NCBI GenBank assembly: GCA_045863295.1
Contig: BTWA01000006.1
Location: 32,001 to 96,000 of the forward strand
Source of the DNA: Candidatus Hydrogenedentota bacterium
Lineage (GTDB): Bacteria > Hydrogenedentota > Hydrogenedentia > Hydrogenedentales > SLHB01
Direction: 5' to 3'
DNA: 64,000 nucleotides
Below are positions 49,971-60,244 of this stretch, one piece after another. The position numbers were made by a program, and so were the translations under genes. Position 1 is the first letter of the stretch. Each line of letters starts with the position of its first letter. The notes beneath the pieces are model-generated. The model saw nothing but the letters and a program-made list of their open reading frames with translations, did not search any database and was not told where the DNA came from.

Positions 49971-51392
49971 TCAGCGGTAGGTCACCTGTATGCGGTACGT
50001 CAGTTTGGCGTCGCCGTCCTTGGGGATCGGTATGGAAAACACCGCGGTTCGCGCATCGCGCTTTTCGTGCGGGTGCGATTCGCTCAATATCTCCCAATCC
50101 CCCCCTACACGTTCTACAATATCGACCGAAATGTCCGTTTCCTTGTGATTTCGCAGCACGATTTCGAATTCTGATTGGTGTACGTTCGAGCTGATTGCGC
50201 GGTAGTTGACTTGCCGGCGTTCTCCGATGACATCAAACGCGTTGCCCATCTTGAGACGTACTGTTTCGTCCTTGGGAGTGTGCTTAATCCTATCTTCGCC
50301 GGAGAATTGGAGCATCCCTTCGCTATCCTCCTGGTAGATTCGCATGACGCCGCCCGGCAACGGGACACCCAGTTGGTTTTCTTCCTCATTCTCGAAGTTG
50401 ATGTAGACTTCCGCGTTCTGTTCCGGCAGGTGCCCCATCGGCTGGCTGTAGAAGTACTCCTCTCCCCTGAATTCATACTTCTTTGTTAGCTTTACGCCAT
50501 TGGCAGTCAAAAGGCTGACTTGCTTCGATTGATTCTCTTTGATAGTGGTACGGCGGGCAAGAGAATACAGGTGATACTCTGCGAACGACTCCAGCTGCAT
50601 AGGGGGAGGCGGCGCGGCGGCAGGAACGGCATAATCGAACGCGACCATGGGCATAGGTTGGTTAACCGGGGCAATGTTTACATCTCCGGCAACGAGCTTA
50701 AGCTGTGCATTTGTATAGCCGATTCCGGACTGATTGTTCAGGGTTACCCATCCTTCCACGTCCATGGAGGTTTCGTCATTTGAGAGGGTAAGCACGTAAT
50801 CAGCAGACCATGAGATTCCGTTGGTCAGGTAGGTGGCTTCAATGGTCTGATCGGCCGTGTCATTTTCGAGCAGCCATATGAGAGAAGGCTTCGCAATGAG
50901 ATTCTCGGGAATTTCAGGCAACACGACCTGACCCGGATGGCCCAGAAAGATGTCGTTTCCTACTTTGTAAATAGGCCCTTCGTTCAGGCTCAAGAGCTCG
51001 GCTTCGACTTCCGATACCGTGATGTCCTTGTCAAGATTGATGAGCCGCACCTTCTTGCCAACGTACTTTTCCATTAACTTGGATGGGCTCATGAGATCAT
51101 ACTCATAATTCTGTTCCAATATGCGAAGGGAGCCGGGCGAGTCGATGGATTGCAGGCTGAGCGACTCCGGCCTTATCTGTTGGGCGACGTCTCCAAAACG
51201 CAGCGCATGCTCCCCTGTGGGCAACGTCACTTTTCGCCGATCGCGCACCAGCGCCAGATTGTTGTTATACACCGTAACCGAAACGTCCGTCTGATCGGCT
51301 ACGGAACTCTCGGCAGGCGTATTGGATGGATGCGCCGACGCCGTGCAGACAATCAAAATAGTGGCCAGAACCGATACTCGCATCGTATTCAT
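49971..51392 (-). CDS. DUF4139-domain secreted protein (paralog 3)
   Basis: VTVYNNNLALVRD, LEQNYEYDL, YLTNGISWSADY and EYHLY motifs. Confidence 0.88.
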   Translation of the reverse strand: MNTMRVSVLATILIVCTASAHPSNTPAESSVADQTDVSVTVYNNNLALVRDRRKVTLPTGEHALRFGDVAQQIRPESLSLQSIDSPGSLRILEQNYEYDLMSPSKLMEKYVGKKVRLINLDKDITVSEVEAELLSLNEGPIYKVGNDIFLGHPGQVVLPEIPENLIAKPSLIWLLENDTADQTIEATYLTNGISWSADYVLTLSNDETSMDVEGWVTLNNQSGIGYTNAQLKLVAGDVNIAPVNQPMPMVAFDYAVPAAAPPPPMQLESFAEYHLYSLARRTTIKENQSKQVSLLTANGVKLTKKYEFRGEEYFYSQPMGHLPEQNAEVYINFENEEENQLGVPLPGGVMRIYQEDSEGMLQFSGEDRIKHTPKDETVRLKMGNAFDVIGERRQVNYRAISSNVHQSEFEIVLRNHKETDISVDIVERVGGDWEILSESHPHEKRDARTAVFSIPIPKDGDAKLTYRIQVTYR

Positions 51393-51424
51393 GGAAGTAA
51401 CTCCGATTTGCGTACCAAAAGGAA

Positions 51425-52858
51425 TTAGTACCTGACTTGAACCCTATACTTTAGTGTCGCTTCACCATCTTTTGGGACCGGAATGGAATAGGCGGCTGTG
51501 CGTGAATCACGTTTTTCGTGAGTATGAGTTTCGCTCAGAATTTCCCAGTCACCGCCCAACGGCTCAACGACATCTACAGTGATATCCGATTCCTTATGGT
51601 TTCGCAGTACGATTTCATACTCCGACTGGTGCACGTTAGCGCTGATGACCCTGTAGTCCAATTGTCTTCGCTCGCCCACCACGTCGAAGGCGTTGCCCAT
51701 TTTGAGCCGAATGTTTTCCTTCTTTGCGGTGTGCTTGATTCGATCCTCACCCGAGAACTGCAGCATGCCTTCACTGTCCTCTTGATAGATTCGCATAACC
51801 CCGCCGGGCAGCGGTATTCCGAGTTGATTCGTCTCCTCATTCTCGAAAACGATATAGACATCGGCATTCTGTTCCGGAAGGTGTCCCATGGGTTGACTGT
51901 AGAAGGACTCCTGGCCGCGAAACTCGTACTTCTTGGCCAGTTTGACGCCGTTTGCCGTCAACAAGCTAACCTGCTTTGACTGATTCTGTTTAATGGTCGT
52001 TCGCCGCGGAATGGAGTACAAATGGTACTCGGCAAACGATTCCTCTACAGCCTCGGCCACTCGTTGACCCATCGTGACCGCCCCGCCCGCATAGAAGGCT
52101 TCTTGAGGGGGTTGGACAATATTGACATCGCCTGCGACCAGTTTCAGTTTCGCATTGGAATACGTTGCGCCGGACTGGTTGGCGAGCGTGACCCACCCTG
52201 CGATATCCATGCTGGTTTCATCCTTACTTAACGTAAGCACATAATCGGCCGCCCAGGTGATACCATTCGTCAGATACGTGGCCTCGACGGTTTGTGCCGC
52301 CGCGCTGTTTTCGATCATCCATACAAGCGACGGTTTGGCAATGAGATTCTCCGGGATTTCCGGCAGTACAACATATCCCGGATGTCCCAGAAAGATTTCG
52401 CCTCCAATCTGATAGACAGGTCCTTCGTTCAAGCTGAGCAGTTCTGCTTCAACCTCAGTGGACGTAATTTCGTTGCTAAGATTGATCAGGCGCACCCGCT
52501 TTCCCACGTATTTTTCCATGAGCTTGGATGGACTCATTAGGTCATATTCGTAGTTTTGTTCAAGAATTCGCAGCGATCCGGGGGTTGCAACCGACACGAG
52601 GCTCACGGATTCGGGTTTGATCAACTGAGCCACATCGCCAAAGCGCAGCGCATGTTCACCCGTTGGCAACGTCAGTTGGCGTGTGTCCCTCACGAGCGCC
52701 AAATTGTTGTTGTAAATGGTAACGGCAACGTCCGTTTGATCGGCCAGTGAACTCTCCACGGTGGTCGGTACCGGCGATTCCTGGGCATGGACACGCACGG
52801 GCCACAGGCTTGCTAAAACCGCGATGATGGCAAGTGTCGCAACTGTACTTCGAATCAT
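51425..52858 (-). CDS. DUF4139-domain secreted protein (paralog 2)
   Basis: Same motifs as its neighbours; signal peptide. Confidence 0.88.
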   Translation of the reverse strand: MIRSTVATLAIIAVLASLWPVRVHAQESPVPTTVESSLADQTDVAVTIYNNNLALVRDTRQLTLPTGEHALRFGDVAQLIKPESVSLVSVATPGSLRILEQNYEYDLMSPSKLMEKYVGKRVRLINLSNEITSTEVEAELLSLNEGPVYQIGGEIFLGHPGYVVLPEIPENLIAKPSLVWMIENSAAAQTVEATYLTNGITWAADYVLTLSKDETSMDIAGWVTLANQSGATYSNAKLKLVAGDVNIVQPPQEAFYAGGAVTMGQRVAEAVEESFAEYHLYSIPRRTTIKQNQSKQVSLLTANGVKLAKKYEFRGQESFYSQPMGHLPEQNADVYIVFENEETNQLGIPLPGGVMRIYQEDSEGMLQFSGEDRIKHTAKKENIRLKMGNAFDVVGERRQLDYRVISANVHQSEYEIVLRNHKESDITVDVVEPLGGDWEILSETHTHEKRDSRTAAYSIPVPKDGEATLKYRVQVRY

Positions 52859-52907
52859 GATTTTGGCTCCCTGGAATTGTCCATACAGGACAAATTGTTG
52901 GATGGCA

Positions 52908-54329
52908 TCAGTAGGTGACCTGTACGCGGTATTTCAACTTGGATTCTCCATCTCTTGGGACTTTCAAAGTGAACACGGCCGTACGGGCGTCTCGCTTGTC
53001 GTGGGAGCTCGATTCGGAGAGTATTTCCCAGTCGCCTCCCATTGGCTCAACCACGTCCACAGTAACGTCCTGTTCCTTGTGATTTCGAATGATGACCTCG
53101 TACTCCGACTGATGCACGTTTGAAGCAATTGCGCGGTAGTCCAATTGACGTCGCTCGCCCACCACGTCGAAGGCGTTTCCCATCTTCAATCGCACGGTTT
53201 CGTCTTTCGCCGTGTGCTTTATCCGGTCCTCGCCCGAGAATTGCAGCATTCCTTCGCTGTCTTGCTGATAGATGCGCATGACGCCGCCTGGCAAGGGCAT
53301 TCCAAGATGGTTATCGGCCTTGTTGGTAAAATGAATGTAGACATCGGCGTTTTGCTCCGGCAGATGCCCCATGGGTTGGCTGTAGTACGATTCCTGCCCA
53401 CGAAATTCGTATGTCTTTCCGATTTTTACGTCGGCGGCGGTCAGCAGGCTGACTTGTTTGGATTGGTTCTGCTTGATGGTTGTCCGGCGAGGGATGGTAT
53501 ACAAGTGGTATTCGGCAAAACTTTCCTCACGCGCGAGTTCCACTTTCGCCAGGTTGCGGGTCCGACGTTCCAGCCGGTCAAGTTGGATCTCCTGGGGCAC
53601 GATGTTCACCTCCCCGGCGACGAGTTTGAGCTGCGCGTTCCCATAGTCCGCACCAGACTGATTTTGTAGCGTAACCCACCCTGTAACGTCCATGGCGGTC
53701 TCGTCTTTGGCCAGTGTTAGTACATAGTCCGCGGCCCACGAGACCCCGTTAGTCAGATACGACGCTTCAATCGTCTGATTCGCCGTGTCGTTGTCCAACT
53801 GCCAGATCAGCGACGGTTTTGCAATCAGATTCTTCGGGATCTCCGGCAACACTACTTGGCCGGGATGCCCAAGAAAGATGTCATTCCCGACACGGTAAAC
53901 CGGCCCTTCGTTTATGCTGAGCAATTCCGCCTCCACATCGGTGGCGGTTATGTCTTTATGCTGGTTGACAAGGCGTACTTTCTTGCCAACATACTTTTCC
54001 ATCAGTTTCTGCGGACTCATCAAATCGTATTCGTAGTTCTGCTCCAGGATTTGAACCGAACCCGGAGCGGAGATTGAGCGCAAGCTAACGGACTCCGGCT
54101 TGATCTGGTTGGCGACATCACCGAATCGAAGTGCATGCTCCCCGGTGGGGAGCGCTACCTCCCTCCTGTCTCGTACGAGGGCGAGGTTGTTGTTGTATAT
54201 GGTAATTGCCACATCAACCTGATCGGCGAGGGTTGTGTTCGCCGATGCCGGTTCTTGAGCACCCGCCGGCACCCATGAACAGAGCATTATCGCCAAGCCC
54301 ACATTCAGACTACGAGCCATCGAATTCAT
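52908..54329 (-). CDS. DUF4139-domain secreted protein (paralog 1)
   Basis: GGGAGG RBS before ATG 54329; same motifs. Confidence 0.88.
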   Translation of the reverse strand: MNSMARSLNVGLAIMLCSWVPAGAQEPASANTTLADQVDVAITIYNNNLALVRDRREVALPTGEHALRFGDVANQIKPESVSLRSISAPGSVQILEQNYEYDLMSPQKLMEKYVGKKVRLVNQHKDITATDVEAELLSINEGPVYRVGNDIFLGHPGQVVLPEIPKNLIAKPSLIWQLDNDTANQTIEASYLTNGVSWAADYVLTLAKDETAMDVTGWVTLQNQSGADYGNAQLKLVAGEVNIVPQEIQLDRLERRTRNLAKVELAREESFAEYHLYTIPRRTTIKQNQSKQVSLLTAADVKIGKTYEFRGQESYYSQPMGHLPEQNADVYIHFTNKADNHLGMPLPGGVMRIYQQDSEGMLQFSGEDRIKHTAKDETVRLKMGNAFDVVGERRQLDYRAIASNVHQSEYEVIIRNHKEQDVTVDVVEPMGGDWEILSESSSHDKRDARTAVFTLKVPRDGESKLKYRVQVTY

Positions 54330-54542
54330 CGCTACCTCCCTCTCACTGGGTTGAGGAACTACCATAATAACGATTTTTCCCGCAATTGGTTTCTTAGACA
54401 CCAGTCCATTTCAAAAGTTCAGCCATGCCAGTCCTTGAGCAGACTTTGGAACCCGTTGCCTTACAGGAAGATGCAATGCACACCCCAATTGCGCTATCGT
54501 TTCGGGTAATGTCCTGAATACGTCCAAGAGGAGTTTTCCGTT

Positions 54543-54938
54543 ATGACTATGTCTATTGTGGCCATTGCCTATGGCCTTGCGCTGGCGGCCCTGGGCATTG
54601 GATTCTATCTGAACACGGGCGGCGTCTCTGTTACCGCCTTGATTCCTGCTTTTTTTGGATTTCCGGTTCTCGTGTGCGGCCTATTGGCTATTCGTGAGAA
54701 GTTTCGCATGCACGCCATGCACGGCGCAGTCCTCGTTGGCCTCCTTGGATTTCTGGGTTCGCTTGGAGGAGTGATCAAATTGCCCGGCTTGATTGCCGGG
54801 ACTTTGGAACGCCCGGCGGCAGTTCTGGAACAGGTTATCATGGCCGTTCTTTCGCTTGTGTTTGTCGCATTGTGTGTTCAAAACTTCATATCTGTTCGGC
54901 GCAAGCGTAAAGCGGCGCAAGCCGCGGAATCCAAGTAA
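54543..54938 (+). CDS. Small four-helix membrane protein
   Basis: Hydrophobic helices, SVTALIPAFFG, basic C-terminal tail. Confidence 0.75.
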   Translation: MTMSIVAIAYGLALAALGIGFYLNTGGVSVTALIPAFFGFPVLVCGLLAIREKFRMHAMHGAVLVGLLGFLGSLGGVIKLPGLIAGTLERPAAVLEQVIMAVLSLVFVALCVQNFISVRRKRKAAQAAESK

Positions 54939-54963
54939 CTTCTCCTTGACGTTGGAGGACCGT

Positions 54964-55932
54964 ATGAAGAGCGTTTTCGTGGAACACTACGGTGGTCCTG
55001 AGGTACTTGTCGTAAAAGAAGTGCCTAAACCGCAGCCCGCCGCCAACGAAGTTCGGATCAAGGTACGCGCGGCCGGGCTAAACTATGCAGACGTTATGCA
55101 GCGCGAGGGCTTGTATCCCGGAGGGCCAAAGCCGCCGTTCGGGGCCGGGTTCGAAGTCGCCGGCACTGTGGACGCCTTGGGAAGCGGTGTCGCGCAATGG
55201 ACTGTCGGCGACCGAGTGATGGGATTCTGCAGCGCTGGATATAGCGAATTCGTGGTGGCACCCGCCGATCGCCTGCTTCCCATACCTGACAGTCTTGGTT
55301 TTGACAAGGCGGCAGCCATACCCTGCCAGTATCTGACCGCATATCATGCATTATTGACTTTGTCGAGCTTGAATTCCGGGCAGACAGTGTTGATACAGGC
55401 CGCGGCCGGCGGCTTGGGATCGATGTTGGTTCAGATTGCCAGAAACGTAGGCGCCACTGTCTTTGGTACCTGTTCCAGTCCGGAAAAAGCCAAAGTTATT
55501 GAGGAACTGGGATGCCATTTCCCGATTATCTACACCTCCGCGGACTTCGAGACCGTAATCAATGAGCAGACCAAAGGCAAAAAGTGCGATCTGGTCGTTG
55601 AATCGGTCGGCGGAGACGTGTTTGAAAAAAGTCTGCGCTGCGTAAAACCGCGAGGCAGGCTAATTACACTCGGCGTGGCAAGTAAACAGCCATCAATGAT
55701 TCCGGCAACGTATCTCTTGGCAAATAATATTACCGTTTCAGGGTTTCACCTGATGGCCTATGCGGGCGACTTGCCGGCTATGATGAATGCCATGCGCGAC
55801 TTGTTGGAGTGGCTGGAGGCGGGCAGCTTGAAGATACTTGTGAATCATCATTTCACGATCGAACAGGCCGCCGATGCGCAGCGGTTATTGGAAAGCCGCA
55901 AAAGTACGGGAAAGATCGTGATAGAGTTTTGA
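54964..55932 (+). CDS. NADPH:quinone oxidoreductase (MDR family)
   Basis: GGPEVL, GLNYAD, GFEVAG, AAAGGLG and STGKIV motifs; GGAGG RBS. Confidence 0.92.
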   Translation: MKSVFVEHYGGPEVLVVKEVPKPQPAANEVRIKVRAAGLNYADVMQREGLYPGGPKPPFGAGFEVAGTVDALGSGVAQWTVGDRVMGFCSAGYSEFVVAPADRLLPIPDSLGFDKAAAIPCQYLTAYHALLTLSSLNSGQTVLIQAAAGGLGSMLVQIARNVGATVFGTCSSPEKAKVIEELGCHFPIIYTSADFETVINEQTKGKKCDLVVESVGGDVFEKSLRCVKPRGRLITLGVASKQPSMIPATYLLANNITVSGFHLMAYAGDLPAMMNAMRDLLEWLEAGSLKILVNHHFTIEQAADAQRLLESRKSTGKIVIEF

Positions 55933-55948
55933 GAGTTACGCGCACTTG

Positions 55949-57703
55949 TTAGTTCTGTTCCAACCATTGAGCGATGGCCTCCGCCACGATTTCGTTTCCG
56001 CGGTAATACAGGTGTGTATCGTACCTCGGAGAGTATACCATCTCCCCTTTGGAGGCGGCGTCTCGTAGTGCACGGGTCGCGTCGAGGTAGTCGATGGAAT
56101 GATCGCTGCAAAAGGCAGCCAGCCTCTTTTCGAACTCATCATCGGTTTCCACCACTCCGCCGGGCGCGTATTCGCCGAGCTTCGAATCGGGAGGAAAAGT
56201 GGTATAGGGCCCAAGTACGCGCAGCTTGATGGGAACATAGAGGATAAGGAGCCGAATACCGTTTTCGGAGCAAATTTCCTTTCCACGCTGTATGGATTCC
56301 GCAGTGACTTTCCATCCCTGGGGATAGAGTTGATCGAAGTTGGTGTCAATCTTGTATCGAAAACCGACTTCGGTTTTGCCGTAGGCTGTCGAGTCAAACG
56401 TGCCAACCAGCCCCCAATAAGCGCGTATTCGATCTTGCTGATGGCGAAGTACATCAAGCAATTCCAGCAATTTAACGTTGACTCCATCCTCTCTTGCTGG
56501 AGGCGGACCAGAAGGCCTGCGGAGAAAGACCCGGACTTCTCCCGGTGTTTGTGGTGTTGTGAATACCAGCTGAGAGTGGGTCCATCCTGATTTGGCGGGA
56601 ATGCCGGGGGTGAAACGAAGGAGCGCGTACTTATCCGCATCCTTTTGTTGGACCTCCAGACGAGTTGGTACCAATACGTCGTCCGTGCGGATCCAACCAC
56701 TGTAGAGGTAGGTTGTACCCGGTTTTAGCCGCGACGCAATTTGGGCCAAACCAATATTCGTGGACGAAGAGACGTGGATCTTCAAGGCATAGTCACCTTC
56801 CGGGGCATCCGAGACTCGTTCACGGACTACTGCATCGCGGATTGATTCAGTGATTTCCCACTCTCCCTTGGTAATTTCATTCTCGAAGCCTCCATTGCGC
56901 ATGAGGTTTTCGCCCACAATGAAACGCTCGGGTAAACGATCCGAAATGTTCATTATCGAGGCCGAACGGTAATACCAGTCGTCGCCGCCGGGCGGTGGGG
57001 CCAATTCGTGAAGCCGGAGATCGTCAAACCAGAGGGTCCCCATGGCAGACCAATTGGTGTTCGCCGGATGGTTCAGAACCTTGGCGCTGCCTTTGTAAGA
57101 AATTTGAGCCTCCATCAAGTCGTTGCCCTCAAAGATTACCCACACAATCGACTTGGGTTTGTATTGGAGTGCATATTTCCAAAGAACCGTCAATTCCTGG
57201 GGAGGGCCGTATGAACTGCGAGCTAGGTTAACAATGGACTTACCGGTCGATTTTTCAATAAGTCGTGGAAAGGTATGTTCCAAAGTCATGGAACCGCCCT
57301 CGGTGAACGAGTCTCCGAGAAAGGCGACTTCGGCTTGAGTTATCCCAGGTGGGTTGCGGAATCCGTTTTCGTCTGTATTGGCGGTAACAAAGGGCGCAAA
57401 CTTGTCCGGATATGCCTTGCCTTCCCACTTCACGAAAGGCCGGCGTACAAAGCCGAGCAAGTCATCGGGGTCATTCCATTCGGTGGATAATCCGGGGTCG
57501 CGCGTGAGATCCGCCGCGCGAAAATCAGTATAACGGAGGTAGAGTTCGGCAGCGGCCAATGCCAAGGCAAGGGAAATGACGACAAGCGACGCATTTGCAG
57601 CAACTGCGAGGAATCGCCGAAGCGCTGCAGACCTGATATCTGGGACATGGTTGCCGGATTCCGGTACTGTCATGACGCGACTTTTGAACCTTTCATTCCG
57701 CAT
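55949..57703 (-). CDS. Membrane-anchored SGNH/AlgX-like protein with an inserted carbohydrate-binding-like domain
   Basis: GFRN, LGDSFTEG, NLARSSYGP, EGND and DTH motifs; insert starting NLMRNGGFE. Confidence 0.78.
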   Translation of the reverse strand: MRNERFKSRVMTVPESGNHVPDIRSAALRRFLAVAANASLVVISLALALAAAELYLRYTDFRAADLTRDPGLSTEWNDPDDLLGFVRRPFVKWEGKAYPDKFAPFVTANTDENGFRNPPGITQAEVAFLGDSFTEGGSMTLEHTFPRLIEKSTGKSIVNLARSSYGPPQELTVLWKYALQYKPKSIVWVIFEGNDLMEAQISYKGSAKVLNHPANTNWSAMGTLWFDDLRLHELAPPPGGDDWYYRSASIMNISDRLPERFIVGENLMRNGGFENEITKGEWEITESIRDAVVRERVSDAPEGDYALKIHVSSSTNIGLAQIASRLKPGTTYLYSGWIRTDDVLVPTRLEVQQKDADKYALLRFTPGIPAKSGWTHSQLVFTTPQTPGEVRVFLRRPSGPPPAREDGVNVKLLELLDVLRHQQDRIRAYWGLVGTFDSTAYGKTEVGFRYKIDTNFDQLYPQGWKVTAESIQRGKEICSENGIRLLILYVPIKLRVLGPYTTFPPDSKLGEYAPGGVVETDDEFEKRLAAFCSDHSIDYLDATRALRDAASKGEMVYSPRYDTHLYYRGNEIVAEAIAQWLEQN

Positions 57704-57718
57704 GGGTTACGGACGTAC

Positions 57719-58393
57719 TCACAGTTCGGCAATGGGAATATCCAGGTTTGGCTTATTCTCGTACCCTTCAAAATCAAAGTGCCACCACTCCGTTGGAAAC
57801 GGGATGAACCCATGTTTCTTCATGGCCTTTTCCAGGATCTCGCGGTTTCGCGCCACGTCGCTTGACACCCCTGCAAAGGTCCTGTGTGACCTCTCGCTAA
57901 AATCGTCATAGTCGGTAGGCATTGGCACGTCGTTTCCCTGTAGATCGACGAGCGTCAGGTCAATGGCGTAGCCACGATTGTGGCGCGACCCGACCGAAGG
58001 GTCCGCCACGTACCGCGGGTCGGGCAGGATTTCCCAGAAGATCTTCTGGACAGAGAGCGGCCGATAGCCATCGAAGACCTTCAGGCGATAGCCTTGAGAT
58101 CGTAAATCGGCCTGAACCTTCAAAAGAGCCAACGCGGCTTCCTCAATGAGGAAACAGCGTGCCTCTGGATAGATCTGCCTTCCAGTGAAGTTGTTTTCCG
58201 TTGCATAGCGGATGTCGAGCACGATATCGGGTATAAGTACTTCAAGATCGACCAGTTCTTGACTCGCAACCTCACGGGGGACCACGGAAACGAGAGACAA
58301 ATCGGACCCGTGTTGGCAGCCTGCGAGTGTAACTGACGACCCTGCAACGGTCAGGTATACGACATACCTGTAGTGGAGCTTGATCCAAGTCAT
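57719..58393 (-). CDS. ddpX: D-alanyl-D-alanine dipeptidase (M15D, VanX/DdpX), probable lipoprotein
   Basis: RYATENNFTG, FDGYRP, SRHNRGYAIDLT and EWWHF motifs; lipobox LAGC. Confidence 0.9.
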   Translation of the reverse strand: MTWIKLHYRYVVYLTVAGSSVTLAGCQHGSDLSLVSVVPREVASQELVDLEVLIPDIVLDIRYATENNFTGRQIYPEARCFLIEEAALALLKVQADLRSQGYRLKVFDGYRPLSVQKIFWEILPDPRYVADPSVGSRHNRGYAIDLTLVDLQGNDVPMPTDYDDFSERSHRTFAGVSSDVARNREILEKAMKKHGFIPFPTEWWHFDFEGYENKPNLDIPIAEL

Positions 58394-59550
58394 GGATCAA
58401 GTTCACCTTCGTCCAAGGCCAGAGGTAATGCTTGAGGTCTTTCGCAAGTGCTGTGAATGGTAATATGACGCGCGCGTTCAGCGGAATCCAGAAATGCGTG
58501 CATTACATCCAAGACATGAAAAGCCATGTCGCCGTTGGCCCGGTGGGCTCTACCACTGCGAAGGCTGTGTGCCAAATCCGCCGTCCCCACACCTCTGGAG
58601 TTTTCAGAATAACCAAAAAGCAGGGGTACCTCCCGCCACTCTCCTTCGCCTCTGCGCTGATACTGAATTGTGCCGCTGAAATTGTTCGGGTCTGGAACCT
58701 GCAAAGTTCCCTCAGTGCCGTAGATTTCCATATGCGGCAACCGATGTCCCCACACATCGAAACTGGTAATCAGCGTGGCAATTACTGAGTTGGTAAACGT
58801 CAAGGTGCACGCGAGATGAGTTGGCGTTTCCACCTTAACGCGCTGGCCGAATCGCTCGTTACTGGTCACGATGCGCTCAGGAAACGTAGTCCGCGTCATT
58901 GCCGAAGCTTTGGCAATGGGGCCAAAGAAGTTGATGAGGGCCGTAAGGTAGTAAGGACCCATATCAAACATCGGCCCCCCACCGGGCTTGTAGTAAAACT
59001 CGGGATCGGGATGCCATGTCTCATGGCCATGATGCATCATGAATGCAGTGACGGCCACTGGGTTGCCGATCCATCCTTCGTCGATGATTTTTCTACACGT
59101 TTGCAGTGAGGCGCCAAGGAATGTGTCAGGCGCACATCCAATACGCAGATTTCTTTCTTTAGCGTATTTGAGCATGTGCACTGCTTCTTCGCGGGTTGCG
59201 CACAACGGTTTCTCGTTGTATACGTGCTTACCAGATTGAAGTGCCTGAAGCGCCACTTCGCCGTGAACAGCCGGAACAGTGAGGTTGATGACCAGTTCGA
59301 TCTCGGCGTCCGCCATGAGCTTATCCACGGACAACGACTTCGGAATTCCGTGTTCACGGGCTTTAGCCTTGGCTCTTTCCTTCACCAGATCGGCGCAGGC
59401 CACAATTTCGAGTATCGGGAATGTCTTGCCTGCCTTAAAATAAATATCGCAGATGTTGCCACAACCAACGATGCCGGCCTTAACCGAATTACCTTTCCCC
59501 GTTACGATCTTGCTGCCCAACGCATACCCCTCCGAAGAATTTCCAGGCAT
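58390..59550 (-). CDS. Gfo/Idh/MocA oxidoreductase (start uncertain)
   Basis: GIVGCGNI, HVYNEKP, GCAPDTFLG and GGGPMFDMGPYY motifs. Confidence 0.9.
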   Translation of the reverse strand: MPGNSSEGYALGSKIVTGKGNSVKAGIVGCGNICDIYFKAGKTFPILEIVACADLVKERAKAKAREHGIPKSLSVDKLMADAEIELVINLTVPAVHGEVALQALQSGKHVYNEKPLCATREEAVHMLKYAKERNLRIGCAPDTFLGASLQTCRKIIDEGWIGNPVAVTAFMMHHGHETWHPDPEFYYKPGGGPMFDMGPYYLTALINFFGPIAKASAMTRTTFPERIVTSNERFGQRVKVETPTHLACTLTFTNSVIATLITSFDVWGHRLPHMEIYGTEGTLQVPDPNNFSGTIQYQRRGEGEWREVPLLFGYSENSRGVGTADLAHSLRSGRAHRANGDMAFHVLDVMHAFLDSAERARHITIHSTCERPQALPLALDEGELDP

Positions 59551-60149
59551 TCGGGAACGTCAAAATCCTGTGGGGCGTGCCCCAATGCCGAGTAGAATAC
59601 CTTTCCTTCCCCATACCTGCGTTTCCAGGCAACAGGCATCACGCACCCGGCACACCAGGAAGCATGGCGGCCATCAAACGTTGTGGTTGCAAGTACTTCG
59701 TTGGAGGGGTCGACATGCATATAGTACTGTTCAGAGTGCATCACAAAATCGTTCAGACCGGCGACAATTGGATCCGACGGATTTTCGATATGTACGACGT
59801 AGTCAATGATGTTGCCCGGATGAGCAACGAACTGTCCCCCGGTCATCCATTGGTATTCAGTGCACGACCGGAAGGCGTCGCACATACCGCCATGCCAACC
59901 GGCCAAGCCAGAACCCGCGCGCACGGCATTTTCCAGTCCGCTGAACTGATCGGCAGAAATCTCACCCATGGTCCAACAAGGCACAATGAGATCCACGGAG
60001 GCCATAATTCGTGTATCGCACAAAGTGTCCAAGCTATCTGAGATTATGGTGAGAAACCCATCGGATTCCAGCAAAGGAGAGATTCGTTCAACGCATTGAC
60101 GCGGTTGATGACCTTCCCAGCCGCCCCAAATGAGCAACGCGGACCGCAT
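59502..60149 (-). CDS. ThuA-like domain protein
   Basis: GGWEGHQP, GWHGG, GGQFVAHP, SEQYY and FYSALGH motifs. Confidence 0.9.
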   Translation of the reverse strand: MRSALLIWGGWEGHQPRQCVERISPLLESDGFLTIISDSLDTLCDTRIMASVDLIVPCWTMGEISADQFSGLENAVRAGSGLAGWHGGMCDAFRSCTEYQWMTGGQFVAHPGNIIDYVVHIENPSDPIVAGLNDFVMHSEQYYMHVDPSNEVLATTTFDGRHASWCAGCVMPVAWKRRYGEGKVFYSALGHAPQDFDVPECLEILRRGMRWAARS

Positions 60150-60244
60150 CTATCCCCTCCTCTTTGAATTAAGGCACATCCTTCGCATGTCGGCGTTTTG
60201 CGTTCTATCAATCCGCAGCGTACACCATACTGTTGTGATCGGAC

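Noticed and set aside
57719..58393. VanX as a vancomycin-resistance determinant
   Set aside because: No vanH, vanA or vanRS genes nearby; consistent with a housekeeping DdpX-type dipeptidase.
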